Assembly: GCA_964540005.1 (NCBI GenBank)
Contig: CAZILN010000185.1
Coordinates: 1 to 52,322 of the forward strand
Source of the DNA: an uncultured Bacteroidaceae bacterium
Lineage (GTDB): Bacteria > Bacteroidota > Bacteroidia > Bacteroidales > SM23-62
Direction: 5' to 3'
Length of the DNA: 52,322 bases
The notes under the pieces are model-generated. The model was not told where the DNA came from. It searched no databases and saw only the letters and a program-made list of their open reading frames with translations. Shown piece by piece: positions 35,047-44,154 of the stretch; position 1 is the first letter of the stretch, and each line of letters opens with the position of its first letter. Both the position numbers and the translations under genes were made by a program.

Positions 35047-36717
35047 ATGATCGGTCCTGTTTATAGCTTTTTTAAAAAAACACTGGAAAGGAAACCGATA
35101 AGAAATTTCGTAAGATTCAGATCTTCGATCTATGGACGGGTCGTGCTTATCAGTGCCGGTTCGCTTATTGTCCTCTTTGTTCTCTTCAACATTGTTTTCA
35201 GGTCAGTTTATGTCGAATTTTTCAACAGGACAATTCGCCAGAACGGTGATCACATCAGCTCAATCGTCGAGGGAGCTTTGTACTATTCCATGCTGGAGAA
35301 TGACAGGGGGATGCTCCAGCGGACACTCGATATTATCAGTACCATGTCGGATATCGACGAGGTGAATATGTATGATGACATCAATAATCTTGCTTATACA
35401 ACCGCCCCTGCAGAGCTGGAAAACCGGGGAAATCCGAACTGCAATGAATGCCATGAAGATCTCGGAGCCATGTTCTCTTACAGGGAAAATGCATACAGGA
35501 TTGCTGATAATATACCCGAATGCGGGATCTACCAGAATACAAATAAAAGCAGGCATTTACTGATCAGGACGCCAATCCTTAATGAACCATCCTGTTATAC
35601 GGCAGCATGCCATGCACACTCAGAAAGTGATGTAGTACTTGGTTCTCTTTTGATCAACCTTCCGCTTGTGGATCTGGATGCATTCGTTGATGAATCATCG
35701 ACAAATTTTCTTTTCCTGGCTACCTTAATAACCATATTTCTCGTTACATTCCTAATCGTGTTTACCAGGAAAAGGATAAAGGATCCGCTCAATTCAATTA
35801 TTGAAGCCAGCGAAGCCGTATCCAACGGAGATAATAACATAAGGCTGGATATAAAACCCGGACTTCTTGATGATATGAGAAAGGTTTCACTTGCCTTCAA
35901 TAATATGCTTGATAATATTGATTCGGCAACTAAAGAATTACAAAACTGGTCACAACAGCTCGAATATAAGGTACAGAAAAAAACAGAGGAATTATCGGAA
36001 GCCCAGAACGAACTGATACATGTGGAAAGAATTGCATCCCTGGGTAAGCTCTCATCCTCAGTCGCACATGAGATCAATAACCCCCTGTCAGGGATCCTGG
36101 TGTATACTAAGTTGATACACAAACAATTAAGTAGTCCTGAATTCTATCATTCAAAAAAAGAATCCATCCTTAAAAACCTGACTTTAATTGAAACTGAAAC
36201 CAAACGCTGCGGCGACATAGTGAAGGGCTTACTTGATTTTTCGAGACAGGACAGGGATGATTTTGAGGTGTCACACCTTCATCAGCTCCTTGATGAAACA
36301 TACAATCTGATGACCCATTCCATCAAGATCGCAGACATCCGTTTTACCACCGATTATAATGCGGTCTCTGACATGGTTTTCTGCAGTCCGAACCAGGTGA
36401 AACAGGCTTGTATCGCACTGCTGGTGAATGCCTCGGAAGCCATACAGGAGCATGGTGAAATTAATATTAAAACATACAATCCGGATACGGATCACATAAG
36501 GGTTGATTTTTCAGATAACGGATCGGGGATCGCTCAGCAGGATCTGCCTCATATTTTCGAACCCTTTTTCTCAACCAAGCGTGAAGCGAGGGGTATCGGG
36601 CTGGGACTTTCCATCGTTCATGGGATTGTTGAAAATCATAAAGGCCGTATCGAAGTGGACTCAGAGCCGGGTGCAGGTACCACAGTCACAATAATTTTTC
36701 CTTTATCGGAAAATTAA
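35047..36717 (+). CDS. Sensor histidine kinase with periplasmic domain carrying c-type haem-binding motifs, plus HAMP, HisKA and HATPase
   Basis: Two TM helices flank a domain of about 170 aa containing CNECH (nt 35440-35454, CXXCH) and CYTAACH (nt 35593-35613, CX4CH). HAMP and a coiled coil follow, then the H-box SSVAHEINNPLS and the G-boxes DNGSGI and GIGLGLSIV. Confidence 0.8.
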   Translation: MIGPVYSFFKKTLERKPIRNFVRFRSSIYGRVVLISAGSLIVLFVLFNIVFRSVYVEFFNRTIRQNGDHISSIVEGALYYSMLENDRGMLQRTLDIISTMSDIDEVNMYDDINNLAYTTAPAELENRGNPNCNECHEDLGAMFSYRENAYRIADNIPECGIYQNTNKSRHLLIRTPILNEPSCYTAACHAHSESDVVLGSLLINLPLVDLDAFVDESSTNFLFLATLITIFLVTFLIVFTRKRIKDPLNSIIEASEAVSNGDNNIRLDIKPGLLDDMRKVSLAFNNMLDNIDSATKELQNWSQQLEYKVQKKTEELSEAQNELIHVERIASLGKLSSSVAHEINNPLSGILVYTKLIHKQLSSPEFYHSKKESILKNLTLIETETKRCGDIVKGLLDFSRQDRDDFEVSHLHQLLDETYNLMTHSIKIADIRFTTDYNAVSDMVFCSPNQVKQACIALLVNASEAIQEHGEINIKTYNPDTDHIRVDFSDNGSGIAQQDLPHIFEPFFSTKREARGIGLGLSIVHGIVENHKGRIEVDSEPGAGTTVTIIFPLSEN

Positions 36718-36727
36718 GAAATATATA

Positions 36728-38065
36728 ATGAATGAAAAAGTTACCATTTTAATCGTGGATGATGAGGAGTCAGTCAGGGATTCACTATACGACTGGTTCA
36801 TTGATGATGGATATTATGTTGAAACCGCTGAAGATGCGAAGAAAGCCCTCTCCATCCTTGATGAGAAGGAATTTGATATTGTACTGGCCGACATTAAAAT
36901 GCCGGGGATGGATGGTATGGAATTGCATAAACGTATCAAAACAATGTCCAGGGAACCCATCTTCATAATCATGACAGCCTTTGCTTCGGTTGATACGGCG
37001 GTCCAGGCCCTGAAAAACGGAGCATTCGACTATGTCACCAAACCTTTCGACCCTGATGACCTGTCCCATCTGATCAGAAATGCGGCCACACAGGTGTCTT
37101 TAAGGGCTGAAAATGAAACCTTGAAGAAAAACATCACCTCTCTTGTCGATGTGGAAGATATCGTCGGGAAGAGTGAAGCCCTGAAGAATGTTCTCAAAGA
37201 AGTTGAAAGTGTTGCCCAGTCTAATTCTTCCATTATTATCTGTGGGGAAAGCGGTACCGGGAAAGAATTAATTGCCAGGGCCATTCATTCCAATTCATCA
37301 CGGAAATATTTCCCCATGGTCAGCGTTCATTGTGGTGCCCTGACTGAGAGCCTCCTTGAGAGTGAACTCTTCGGTCATGAAAAAGGTGCTTTTACCGGTG
37401 CTTCTTTTAACCGTAAAGGAAGGTTCGAAATGGCTGACGGCGGAACGATCTTCCTGGATGAGATCAGTACCATTACCTCCAAAATGCAAATAGAATTGCT
37501 CAGGGTCCTGGAATCCAAGACATTTGTCAGGGTTGGGGGAAACAAGGAAATGACCTCTGATTTCCGGGTTATCTGTGCCACCAACAGGGACCTGAAGAGC
37601 ATGGTAAACAGCGGTACCTTCCGTAAAGATCTCTACTACAGGTTGAATGTGGTAACCATCAGGATCCCTCCGCTGCGGGACAGGGTTGAGGATATTCCAT
37701 TGCTGGCGGATCACTTTATCAGGAAGTATTGTACATCGATGAGCCGGGACCTGATATCAATTGAACCGGCGGCCCTCAGGCACCTGGAAGAACTGGAATT
37801 CCCCGGTAATGTTCGTGAACTGGAGAACATGATCGAACGGGCCATCGTAATAGGAAACGGGAAGGAGATCAGGTTAAAAGACCTTCCTATGGGTAAGGAG
37901 GTCATAAGCAGTTCCATTGAAAGCCTGGAAGATCTTGAAAAGAAGCATATCCTGAAGATACTGGACAAATATTCATGGAATATTTCGCGTACTGCCAAGG
38001 CCTTGCATGTCGACAGGGCTACTCTCTATAACAAGATCAAGAAATATAAACTGGAGCAGGAGTGA
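36728..38065 (+). CDS. Sigma-54-dependent response regulator (NtrC/Fis family enhancer-binding protein)
   Basis: Receiver domain (DDEESV, DIVLADIKMPGMDG). AAA+ core with Walker A GESGTGKE and the sigma-54 contact loop GAFTGA. C-terminal Fis-type HTH (NISRTAKALHVDRATLYNKIKK). Confidence 0.9.
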   Translation: MNEKVTILIVDDEESVRDSLYDWFIDDGYYVETAEDAKKALSILDEKEFDIVLADIKMPGMDGMELHKRIKTMSREPIFIIMTAFASVDTAVQALKNGAFDYVTKPFDPDDLSHLIRNAATQVSLRAENETLKKNITSLVDVEDIVGKSEALKNVLKEVESVAQSNSSIIICGESGTGKELIARAIHSNSSRKYFPMVSVHCGALTESLLESELFGHEKGAFTGASFNRKGRFEMADGGTIFLDEISTITSKMQIELLRVLESKTFVRVGGNKEMTSDFRVICATNRDLKSMVNSGTFRKDLYYRLNVVTIRIPPLRDRVEDIPLLADHFIRKYCTSMSRDLISIEPAALRHLEELEFPGNVRELENMIERAIVIGNGKEIRLKDLPMGKEVISSSIESLEDLEKKHILKILDKYSWNISRTAKALHVDRATLYNKIKKYKLEQE

Positions 38066-38070
38066 TTTGA

Positions 38071-38607
38071 TTGGATAAACAGAAAATTATATTAATAGCC
38101 TGCGGTCATTTTGAGAAAAACCAGACAGGCGGGATAGAAGAAAAAATAGAGCAAAGCTTTCATTATCCTGTGGAGCTGATAGAATGCAATCTTGATATCA
38201 GTCGTTTCTATAATCCGGGCCGCCGGCAGTATAATGCCAATGAATTAATGGCTGTTGTGTCAAACTCTTACCTTCCCGGTTCATTAAAAATAATGGGATT
38301 GTTCAGGGTGGACCTGTATATACCCATCCTGACCTATATCTTCGGCCAGGCTCAATTAAAGGGTCAGACCGGGATCGCTTCTCTTTACCGCCTCAGAAAC
38401 GAACTGTACGGCCTCGAACCGGACCACAGCCTGCTGAGCGAACGATTCACCAAGGTCATCATTCATGAACTGGGACATATGTTTGGCCTGATCCATTGCA
38501 ATTACCCGGTCTGCGTCATGCGCTCCAGCACTTATGTTGAGGACTTGGATCAGAAAGAGATCCATTTCTGCCACAGCTGCCAGGCAGAGCTTAGCCGCCT
38601 TCAATAA
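38071..38607 (+). CDS. Archaemetzincin-like zinc metallopeptidase (peptidase family M54-like)
   Basis: HELGHMFGLIHCNYPVCVM...CHSC follows the archaemetzincin signature HExxHxxGxxxCxxxxCxM...CxxC. TTG start 5 nt after the regulator stop. 178 aa. Confidence 0.75.
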   Translation: MDKQKIILIACGHFEKNQTGGIEEKIEQSFHYPVELIECNLDISRFYNPGRRQYNANELMAVVSNSYLPGSLKIMGLFRVDLYIPILTYIFGQAQLKGQTGIASLYRLRNELYGLEPDHSLLSERFTKVIIHELGHMFGLIHCNYPVCVMRSSTYVEDLDQKEIHFCHSCQAELSRLQ

Positions 38608-38689
38608 CTATTTCTGTGCGCCTTTGAAATAAATATTTTATTATAATTTTAGACTCCTACCGGAATACTTATCTCATGAATATTTTTTA

Positions 38690-39247
38690 ATGTCCTATAC
38701 TGATAATGAAATAATTGAAAAACTCAGGCAGGGTGATCAGAAGGTTTTAAAACATCTATTTGATGTTTATTTCAGGGACCTGTTGATCTGTTCATTAAAA
38801 TATGTAATAAACAGTGACATCGCAGAGGAGATCGTGCAGGATGTTTTTATTCAGATCTGGAAGAACCGGAAGGTAATTCAGATCAAAAAATCCCTTTCTT
38901 CCTATCTTTTTACTTCAGTTAAGAACAGATCATTAAATCATATTAAGAGCAAGCATGCACGGATGCAATTCGTCGAACTGGGATCCGCAGAAATTAAAAT
39001 ATCAGCCGGTCCGGCCGATGAAACTTTAATTAGCGGGGAAATGAAAGCATCCATACAGGAAGCGATAAATACCCTTCCTCCCAAATGCAGGATCATATTT
39101 AACCTGTCCAGAAACGCAGAAATGTCCACAGCTGAGATTGCCGGCGAACTGAATATATCTGTAAAGACCGTTCATGCACAGATTGGGATAGCTCTGAAAA
39201 AAATCAGGGAACATCTTAAGGATCAGTGGGATAATATACTTTCCTGA
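38690..39247 (+). CDS. ECF-type RNA polymerase sigma-70 factor (Bacteroidetes subfamily)
   Basis: 185 aa. Region 2 (EEIVQDVFIQIWKNR) and region 4 HTH (MSTAEIAGELNISVKTVHAQI). Confidence 0.88.
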   Translation: MSYTDNEIIEKLRQGDQKVLKHLFDVYFRDLLICSLKYVINSDIAEEIVQDVFIQIWKNRKVIQIKKSLSSYLFTSVKNRSLNHIKSKHARMQFVELGSAEIKISAGPADETLISGEMKASIQEAINTLPPKCRIIFNLSRNAEMSTAEIAGELNISVKTVHAQIGIALKKIREHLKDQWDNILS

Positions 39248-39351
39248 ATACTGCGAACCCGGTTAATTTTCATTTTTCCCCGGAATCTTTTTAAGCATCT
39301 GCCTGATAATCTTGTCTTATATACAGACAGGGATCAATAAATCTATTTGTC

Positions 39352-40344
39352 ATGAATGATGAACACATTATTGCTTATCTCAGGAATGAGCTAAGCACCG
39401 AAAAGAGGAAAGAGGTCGAAAACTGGGCAGCCTCCTCGAAAGATAACAAACGGTATTTTAACAGGATAAAATTTCTCTGGGAACATTCTGTCAGTGATTT
39501 TAAGAACGCGGCCATCAGGCCGGAACTGGTATGGAACAGGATTGAATATGCTGTCAACCAGGAACGTTCCGTGCGGAGCAGAACCTTTTCTGTGGTATAC
39601 AGAAACTTCAGCAGAATAGCAGCCATAGCGATCATTGCGTTTGGCATCGGATTTCTGACTATCAGGACAGTCCGTCAAAACCAGATACCGGAATCTGAAT
39701 GGATCCTTGCTCATGCTGCAACAGGATCCAACGAAATAATATTGCCCGATAAAAGCCGGGTATGGCTGAACGCCGGTTCCGGGATTTCCTATCCTGAAAA
39801 GTTCAGGGGAAGACTGCGTGAAGTGAAAATTGAAGGTGAAGCCTACTTCGAAGTTACCAGGAAAAGAAGCAAACCATTTGTAATCCAGGCAGGCAGCTCA
39901 GGCATCAGGGTTCTGGGTACAAGCTTCAATGTGAACCACAAGCATAATGCAGAAAAGATTATCGTAACGGTACTTACAGGACGCATCGCTTTCTTTGAAT
40001 CTGAAAAACCAGAAAACAGAATCAAACTTGATGCGGGAGAACAGGGTGTGTACAATACGCTGAATGCGGAGCTGAATAAACAGGTAAATACCGATGATAA
40101 TTTCCTGTCCTGGAAAACAGGTATCCTCATTTTTGACAATACTTCACTGGAGGATGTATGCCGGGATCTGTCTCTTCATTACATGCTGACAATAGTTCCA
40201 TCCAATGCAGATATTCTTAAAGCAAAAAGCCTTTCGGCTACTTTTGATAATAAGACTGTTGAAGAGGTATTAAACATTCTGTCCATCACCCTCGATATAT
40301 CCTATAAAACAGATGATGAAATTATTACTCTTTTCCCTGAATAA
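39352..40344 (+). CDS. FecR family anti-sigma factor / transmembrane sensor
   Basis: 330 aa, a single TM (IAAIAIIAFGIGFLTI), the FecR domain (LPDKSRVWLNAGS..., GEAYFEV) and a C-terminal DUF4974-like part. Confidence 0.85.
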   Translation: MNDEHIIAYLRNELSTEKRKEVENWAASSKDNKRYFNRIKFLWEHSVSDFKNAAIRPELVWNRIEYAVNQERSVRSRTFSVVYRNFSRIAAIAIIAFGIGFLTIRTVRQNQIPESEWILAHAATGSNEIILPDKSRVWLNAGSGISYPEKFRGRLREVKIEGEAYFEVTRKRSKPFVIQAGSSGIRVLGTSFNVNHKHNAEKIIVTVLTGRIAFFESEKPENRIKLDAGEQGVYNTLNAELNKQVNTDDNFLSWKTGILIFDNTSLEDVCRDLSLHYMLTIVPSNADILKAKSLSATFDNKTVEEVLNILSITLDISYKTDDEIITLFPE

Positions 40345-40375
40345 GCGGCAAGGGTATCAATATGAGAAATCCATC

Positions 40376-43081
40376 ATGAATCTCAATTCAAATATCCGTA
40401 AAGCAATGGCGGCAAATCCGGTACACGTAAAGAAATATCTGAGCCTTCCCGGCATCCTTCCGGCTGTGCTTGTAGGCCTTCTTATGATATGTCAGAACAT
40501 CTCCGGACAAACCACCGGAAGTATGCTCAACTCCGAGATCAGCCTCGAAGTGAGCCGGGGTACTGTACATGATATTATAACTGAACTGTCTGAGAACCAT
40601 CAGGTTCAATTTTCCTATGATCCGGGTATCATTCCCATGGAGAAACTGTGTACATTATCCGCCTCTATACTGACCCTGGCTCAGATACTGGACCAGGTCT
40701 TCTTGAATACCAGGATTAAATATACGGCATATAATAGTGTGATAATTTTATCGAAACGAAAGGAGTTTATTGTAAGTGGCTTTATTGAGAATAAGATAAG
40801 CGGAGAGAGACTTATCGGGGCAACCATTTTTGAACACAGTTCACATACAGGTACAGTTTCCAATAATTACGGTTTTTTCAGCATGACGGTCCTGGAAGGA
40901 GATATAATCCTGAATGCCTCATTCGTAGGGTACAAAACAGCCAATCACAGAATTGAACTCACAAAAGATACCTCGCTGGTAATCGGGCTGGAACCGGGGA
41001 TGGAAATTGAGGAAGTCTCTGTGTCTGCCCGGATGAAAAGGGAAGAGCTGACCTCATCCGAGATCAGTGTGGAGAAAATTGCTGTACAATCCTTAAAAAC
41101 AATACCGGTTCTCCTGGGTGAAGGAGATGTGCTTAAAATGATGCAGTACTTGCCGGGGATTCAGTTCGGCACAGAAACCTCATCGGGTCTTGTCGTAAGG
41201 GGAGGCAATCCGGAACAAAACCTGATACTCCTGGATGGGGCACCTGTGTACAACTCCAATCATGCCTTCGGCTTGTTTTCAGTATTTAATCCGGATGCCA
41301 TTAAAAACGTTTCATTGATCAAAGGAGGATTCCCGGCCCGATACGGAGGCAGGTTGTCATCTGTCATTGATGTGCGGATGAATGAAGGCAATATGAAAGA
41401 GTTCAGCGGAAATGCAACGATAGGAACAATAGCTTCAAAATTCAATATTGAGGGCCCCATCATCAAAGACAAATCTTCCTTTAATATTTCGGCCAGACGA
41501 ACCTATGTCGATTTGTTGTTACCAAAGAAGTTCAAGGAAGATGAAGATATTCCGATGTTCTCATTTTATGATCTCAATGCTAAGTTAAACTATAAACTAT
41601 CCCGGAAGGACAGGCTTTTTTTAAGTTTTTATGCAGGACATGACCGGTTTACTGAAGAGGAAAGCTATACCAGTGATGACGGAAATTTCTTTGAATTCGA
41701 TAATAACCAGGCCAACTGGGGAAATAAGACTTTACTGACAAGGTGGAATCACCTGTTCAGCAATAAACTGTTCAGCAACCTCTCGCTGGTGTACACCAAG
41801 TATGAAGTACGAATTGATGTGGAGGATGATGAGAAGGAATTCGATGATTATTACTATTCGGCAGTTATTTATAATTCAGGGATACAAGATCTGTCGGTAT
41901 TATATGATGTTGACTATTATCCTCATGCAAAACATAAAATCAAATTTGGCTCCAATTATATATACCATACATTCAATCCGGGAGTTTTACGGAAAGTTTC
42001 ACAGGATTATTATTTCCTTGACGGAGAAAAATACTACACTGCTTCAGGAAACGTAGATGAAATCAACCGGAACCCACTCATTAATGCGAGTGAGTTCAGG
42101 GCTTTTATGGAAGATGATTTTATACTGGGCGAAAAATATTTTATTAACACCGGCCTGCATTATTCCGGATTCTATGTACATGATGTTTATTATTCCTCCC
42201 TGGAACCTCGAATATCAGCCACTCGTACACTTACGGACGATATTTCTGTAAAAGCGGCATACTCCAGGATGAAGCAATATCTCCACCTGCTGACCCACTC
42301 GGGTATGGGCCTACCTACGGATCTGTGGATGCCTGTGACTGCACGGGTTAAACCCCAGTATTCCAACCAGTATACTCTGGGAATGGTTTATCACATCAAT
42401 GAGTCTTATAAACTGAATGTTGAGACCTATTATAAATCATTGCACCAGATATATGCCTATAAAGAAGGTGTTGATTACCTGTCAGCAAATAACAGCTGGG
42501 AAAGCAATATCGCAATGGGTAATGGCAGGTCGTTCGGTACTGAGTTCATGATCAGGAAATCTTCCGGAAAACTGGATGGATGGATGTCCTACACCTGGTC
42601 AAAAACTGACCGGAAATTTGAGGAGCTGAACTATAGTAAGAGCTTCCCGTATAAATATGACCGTACGCACCAGCTAAATACGGTTTTAAAATATGCATTC
42701 AACGAGAAGTTCTCATTAAATGCTTCATGGATTTATGCCACTGGCATGGCTTATACTCTTTCAACCAGTAAATATACTTCCCTGCTTAACCTGTATAACT
42801 GGAATTCCCCGAACAGGCCGTCCGGATTCATAGATGCCATCGATAACAGGAATAATATCCGAATGCCGGATTACCATCGTCTGGACCTGGCTCTGTCATA
42901 TCATAAGGCAAAGCAGAAGGTATCCACAACCTGGTTGCTGTCGGTTTATAATGTCTATAACCGGTTTAATCCATACCTGAGTTACTGGGACGATGATATG
43001 GGCGATCTGGGTAAAAGAAAAGTCAAACAGGTGGCACTTTTTTCAGTTATACCGGCACTGAGTGTCAGGTTGGAGTTTTAG
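40376..43081 (+). CDS. TonB-dependent receptor with N-terminal STN signalling domain and carboxypeptidase-regulatory-like domain
   Basis: The start is reassigned to MNLNSNIRK. It has an STN-like segment (VHDIITELSENHQVQFSYD), a CarbopepD_reg-like segment (VSGFIENKISGERLIGATI), a plug (LPGIQFG..GLVVRGG) and a C-terminal beta-barrel ending in F. Confidence 0.85.
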   Translation: MNLNSNIRKAMAANPVHVKKYLSLPGILPAVLVGLLMICQNISGQTTGSMLNSEISLEVSRGTVHDIITELSENHQVQFSYDPGIIPMEKLCTLSASILTLAQILDQVFLNTRIKYTAYNSVIILSKRKEFIVSGFIENKISGERLIGATIFEHSSHTGTVSNNYGFFSMTVLEGDIILNASFVGYKTANHRIELTKDTSLVIGLEPGMEIEEVSVSARMKREELTSSEISVEKIAVQSLKTIPVLLGEGDVLKMMQYLPGIQFGTETSSGLVVRGGNPEQNLILLDGAPVYNSNHAFGLFSVFNPDAIKNVSLIKGGFPARYGGRLSSVIDVRMNEGNMKEFSGNATIGTIASKFNIEGPIIKDKSSFNISARRTYVDLLLPKKFKEDEDIPMFSFYDLNAKLNYKLSRKDRLFLSFYAGHDRFTEEESYTSDDGNFFEFDNNQANWGNKTLLTRWNHLFSNKLFSNLSLVYTKYEVRIDVEDDEKEFDDYYYSAVIYNSGIQDLSVLYDVDYYPHAKHKIKFGSNYIYHTFNPGVLRKVSQDYYFLDGEKYYTASGNVDEINRNPLINASEFRAFMEDDFILGEKYFINTGLHYSGFYVHDVYYSSLEPRISATRTLTDDISVKAAYSRMKQYLHLLTHSGMGLPTDLWMPVTARVKPQYSNQYTLGMVYHINESYKLNVETYYKSLHQIYAYKEGVDYLSANNSWESNIAMGNGRSFGTEFMIRKSSGKLDGWMSYTWSKTDRKFEELNYSKSFPYKYDRTHQLNTVLKYAFNEKFSLNASWIYATGMAYTLSTSKYTSLLNLYNWNSPNRPSGFIDAIDNRNNIRMPDYHRLDLALSYHKAKQKVSTTWLLSVYNVYNRFNPYLSYWDDDMGDLGKRKVKQVALFSVIPALSVRLEF

Positions 43082-43116
43082 AATGATATTTTAAGAACAT
43101 ATCAATTAAAATAAGA

Positions 43117-44034
43117 ATGAAGGATATAAAAATCAGAAAGCGGGATACAATTAAAGTTTTATTGCTTTCCATATTGACAGCTATTTCATGCGTTTCATGT
43201 GAGAAAGTACTATTTATGGATCTTCCTGATGAGGACAGGAAAATAGTTATGAATGGTATCATCGCCCCCGGTTACGGATTATGGCTGAATGTTTCGTCAA
43301 GCGTCGGCACATCAGAGATACCGGTGTATAGTTATGTACCAATCAATAATGCCCAGGTGGAGTATTACCAGGATGGTATCCTCATTTCAAGCCTGGTCGG
43401 CAACGGCTATGGTGATTATTATGAAACGGATTTCAAACCTGAAGCTAAGGCTGAATACAATATAGTGGTAATTGCCCCGGGGTTTCCCAGGGCAAGCGCA
43501 GTTGTAAATATTCCTGAGCGGGTTGATATTATGGATTTTGATACCTCTTCTGTCCTTAAACGGGTGGATATACATAATCAGAATTATCATGAAATTGAAT
43601 TCTTCGTAAACTTTACCATAAGTGATCCTGAAGAAGTTGATAATTACTATATGCTGGGTGCGTTTTTTAGTGATGATTGTACCTTCTATCCCCTGGCAGC
43701 AGAATCAGCCGACCTTAATATGAATATATACATTAAGGATGGGATTGATGTACTGGCCTGGACCGATCAGAATACCAACGGGCAGACCAGGCAGTACGAT
43801 GTAAAATTCAAACTGAGCAGGTACGCTGGTTTCGAAACAGATATAGAAATAAGATTATACTCCATCGAGGAGGCATATTTCAGCTACCTTAAGACATATT
43901 CTCAGAATTATACCGTCCTGAATGATGGCTCGCTTCTGTACGAGCCAGTACTCGTATCATCCAATGTTTCAGGAGGATATGGAATTCTTGCCGCTGTGTC
44001 CACTAGCCGGATAGGCTTTCATTACCGGTTCTGA
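43117..44034 (+). CDS. DUF4249 domain-containing lipoprotein
   Basis: Lipoprotein signal (LTAISCVSC), 305 aa, and the usual position directly after SusD-less TonB receptors of this type. Confidence 0.65.
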   Translation: MKDIKIRKRDTIKVLLLSILTAISCVSCEKVLFMDLPDEDRKIVMNGIIAPGYGLWLNVSSSVGTSEIPVYSYVPINNAQVEYYQDGILISSLVGNGYGDYYETDFKPEAKAEYNIVVIAPGFPRASAVVNIPERVDIMDFDTSSVLKRVDIHNQNYHEIEFFVNFTISDPEEVDNYYMLGAFFSDDCTFYPLAAESADLNMNIYIKDGIDVLAWTDQNTNGQTRQYDVKFKLSRYAGFETDIEIRLYSIEEAYFSYLKTYSQNYTVLNDGSLLYEPVLVSSNVSGGYGILAAVSTSRIGFHYRF

Positions 44035-44154
44035 TTTTTGTAAAACAGAAAGGAATCTCTATTTTTGGACCGGGCGAAAAAGGATGACGGATCATTAGCC
44101 CGGATCCTCCGCTCCACAGGAGTTTTACTAATAACGGTTCTCAAACAATATCTC

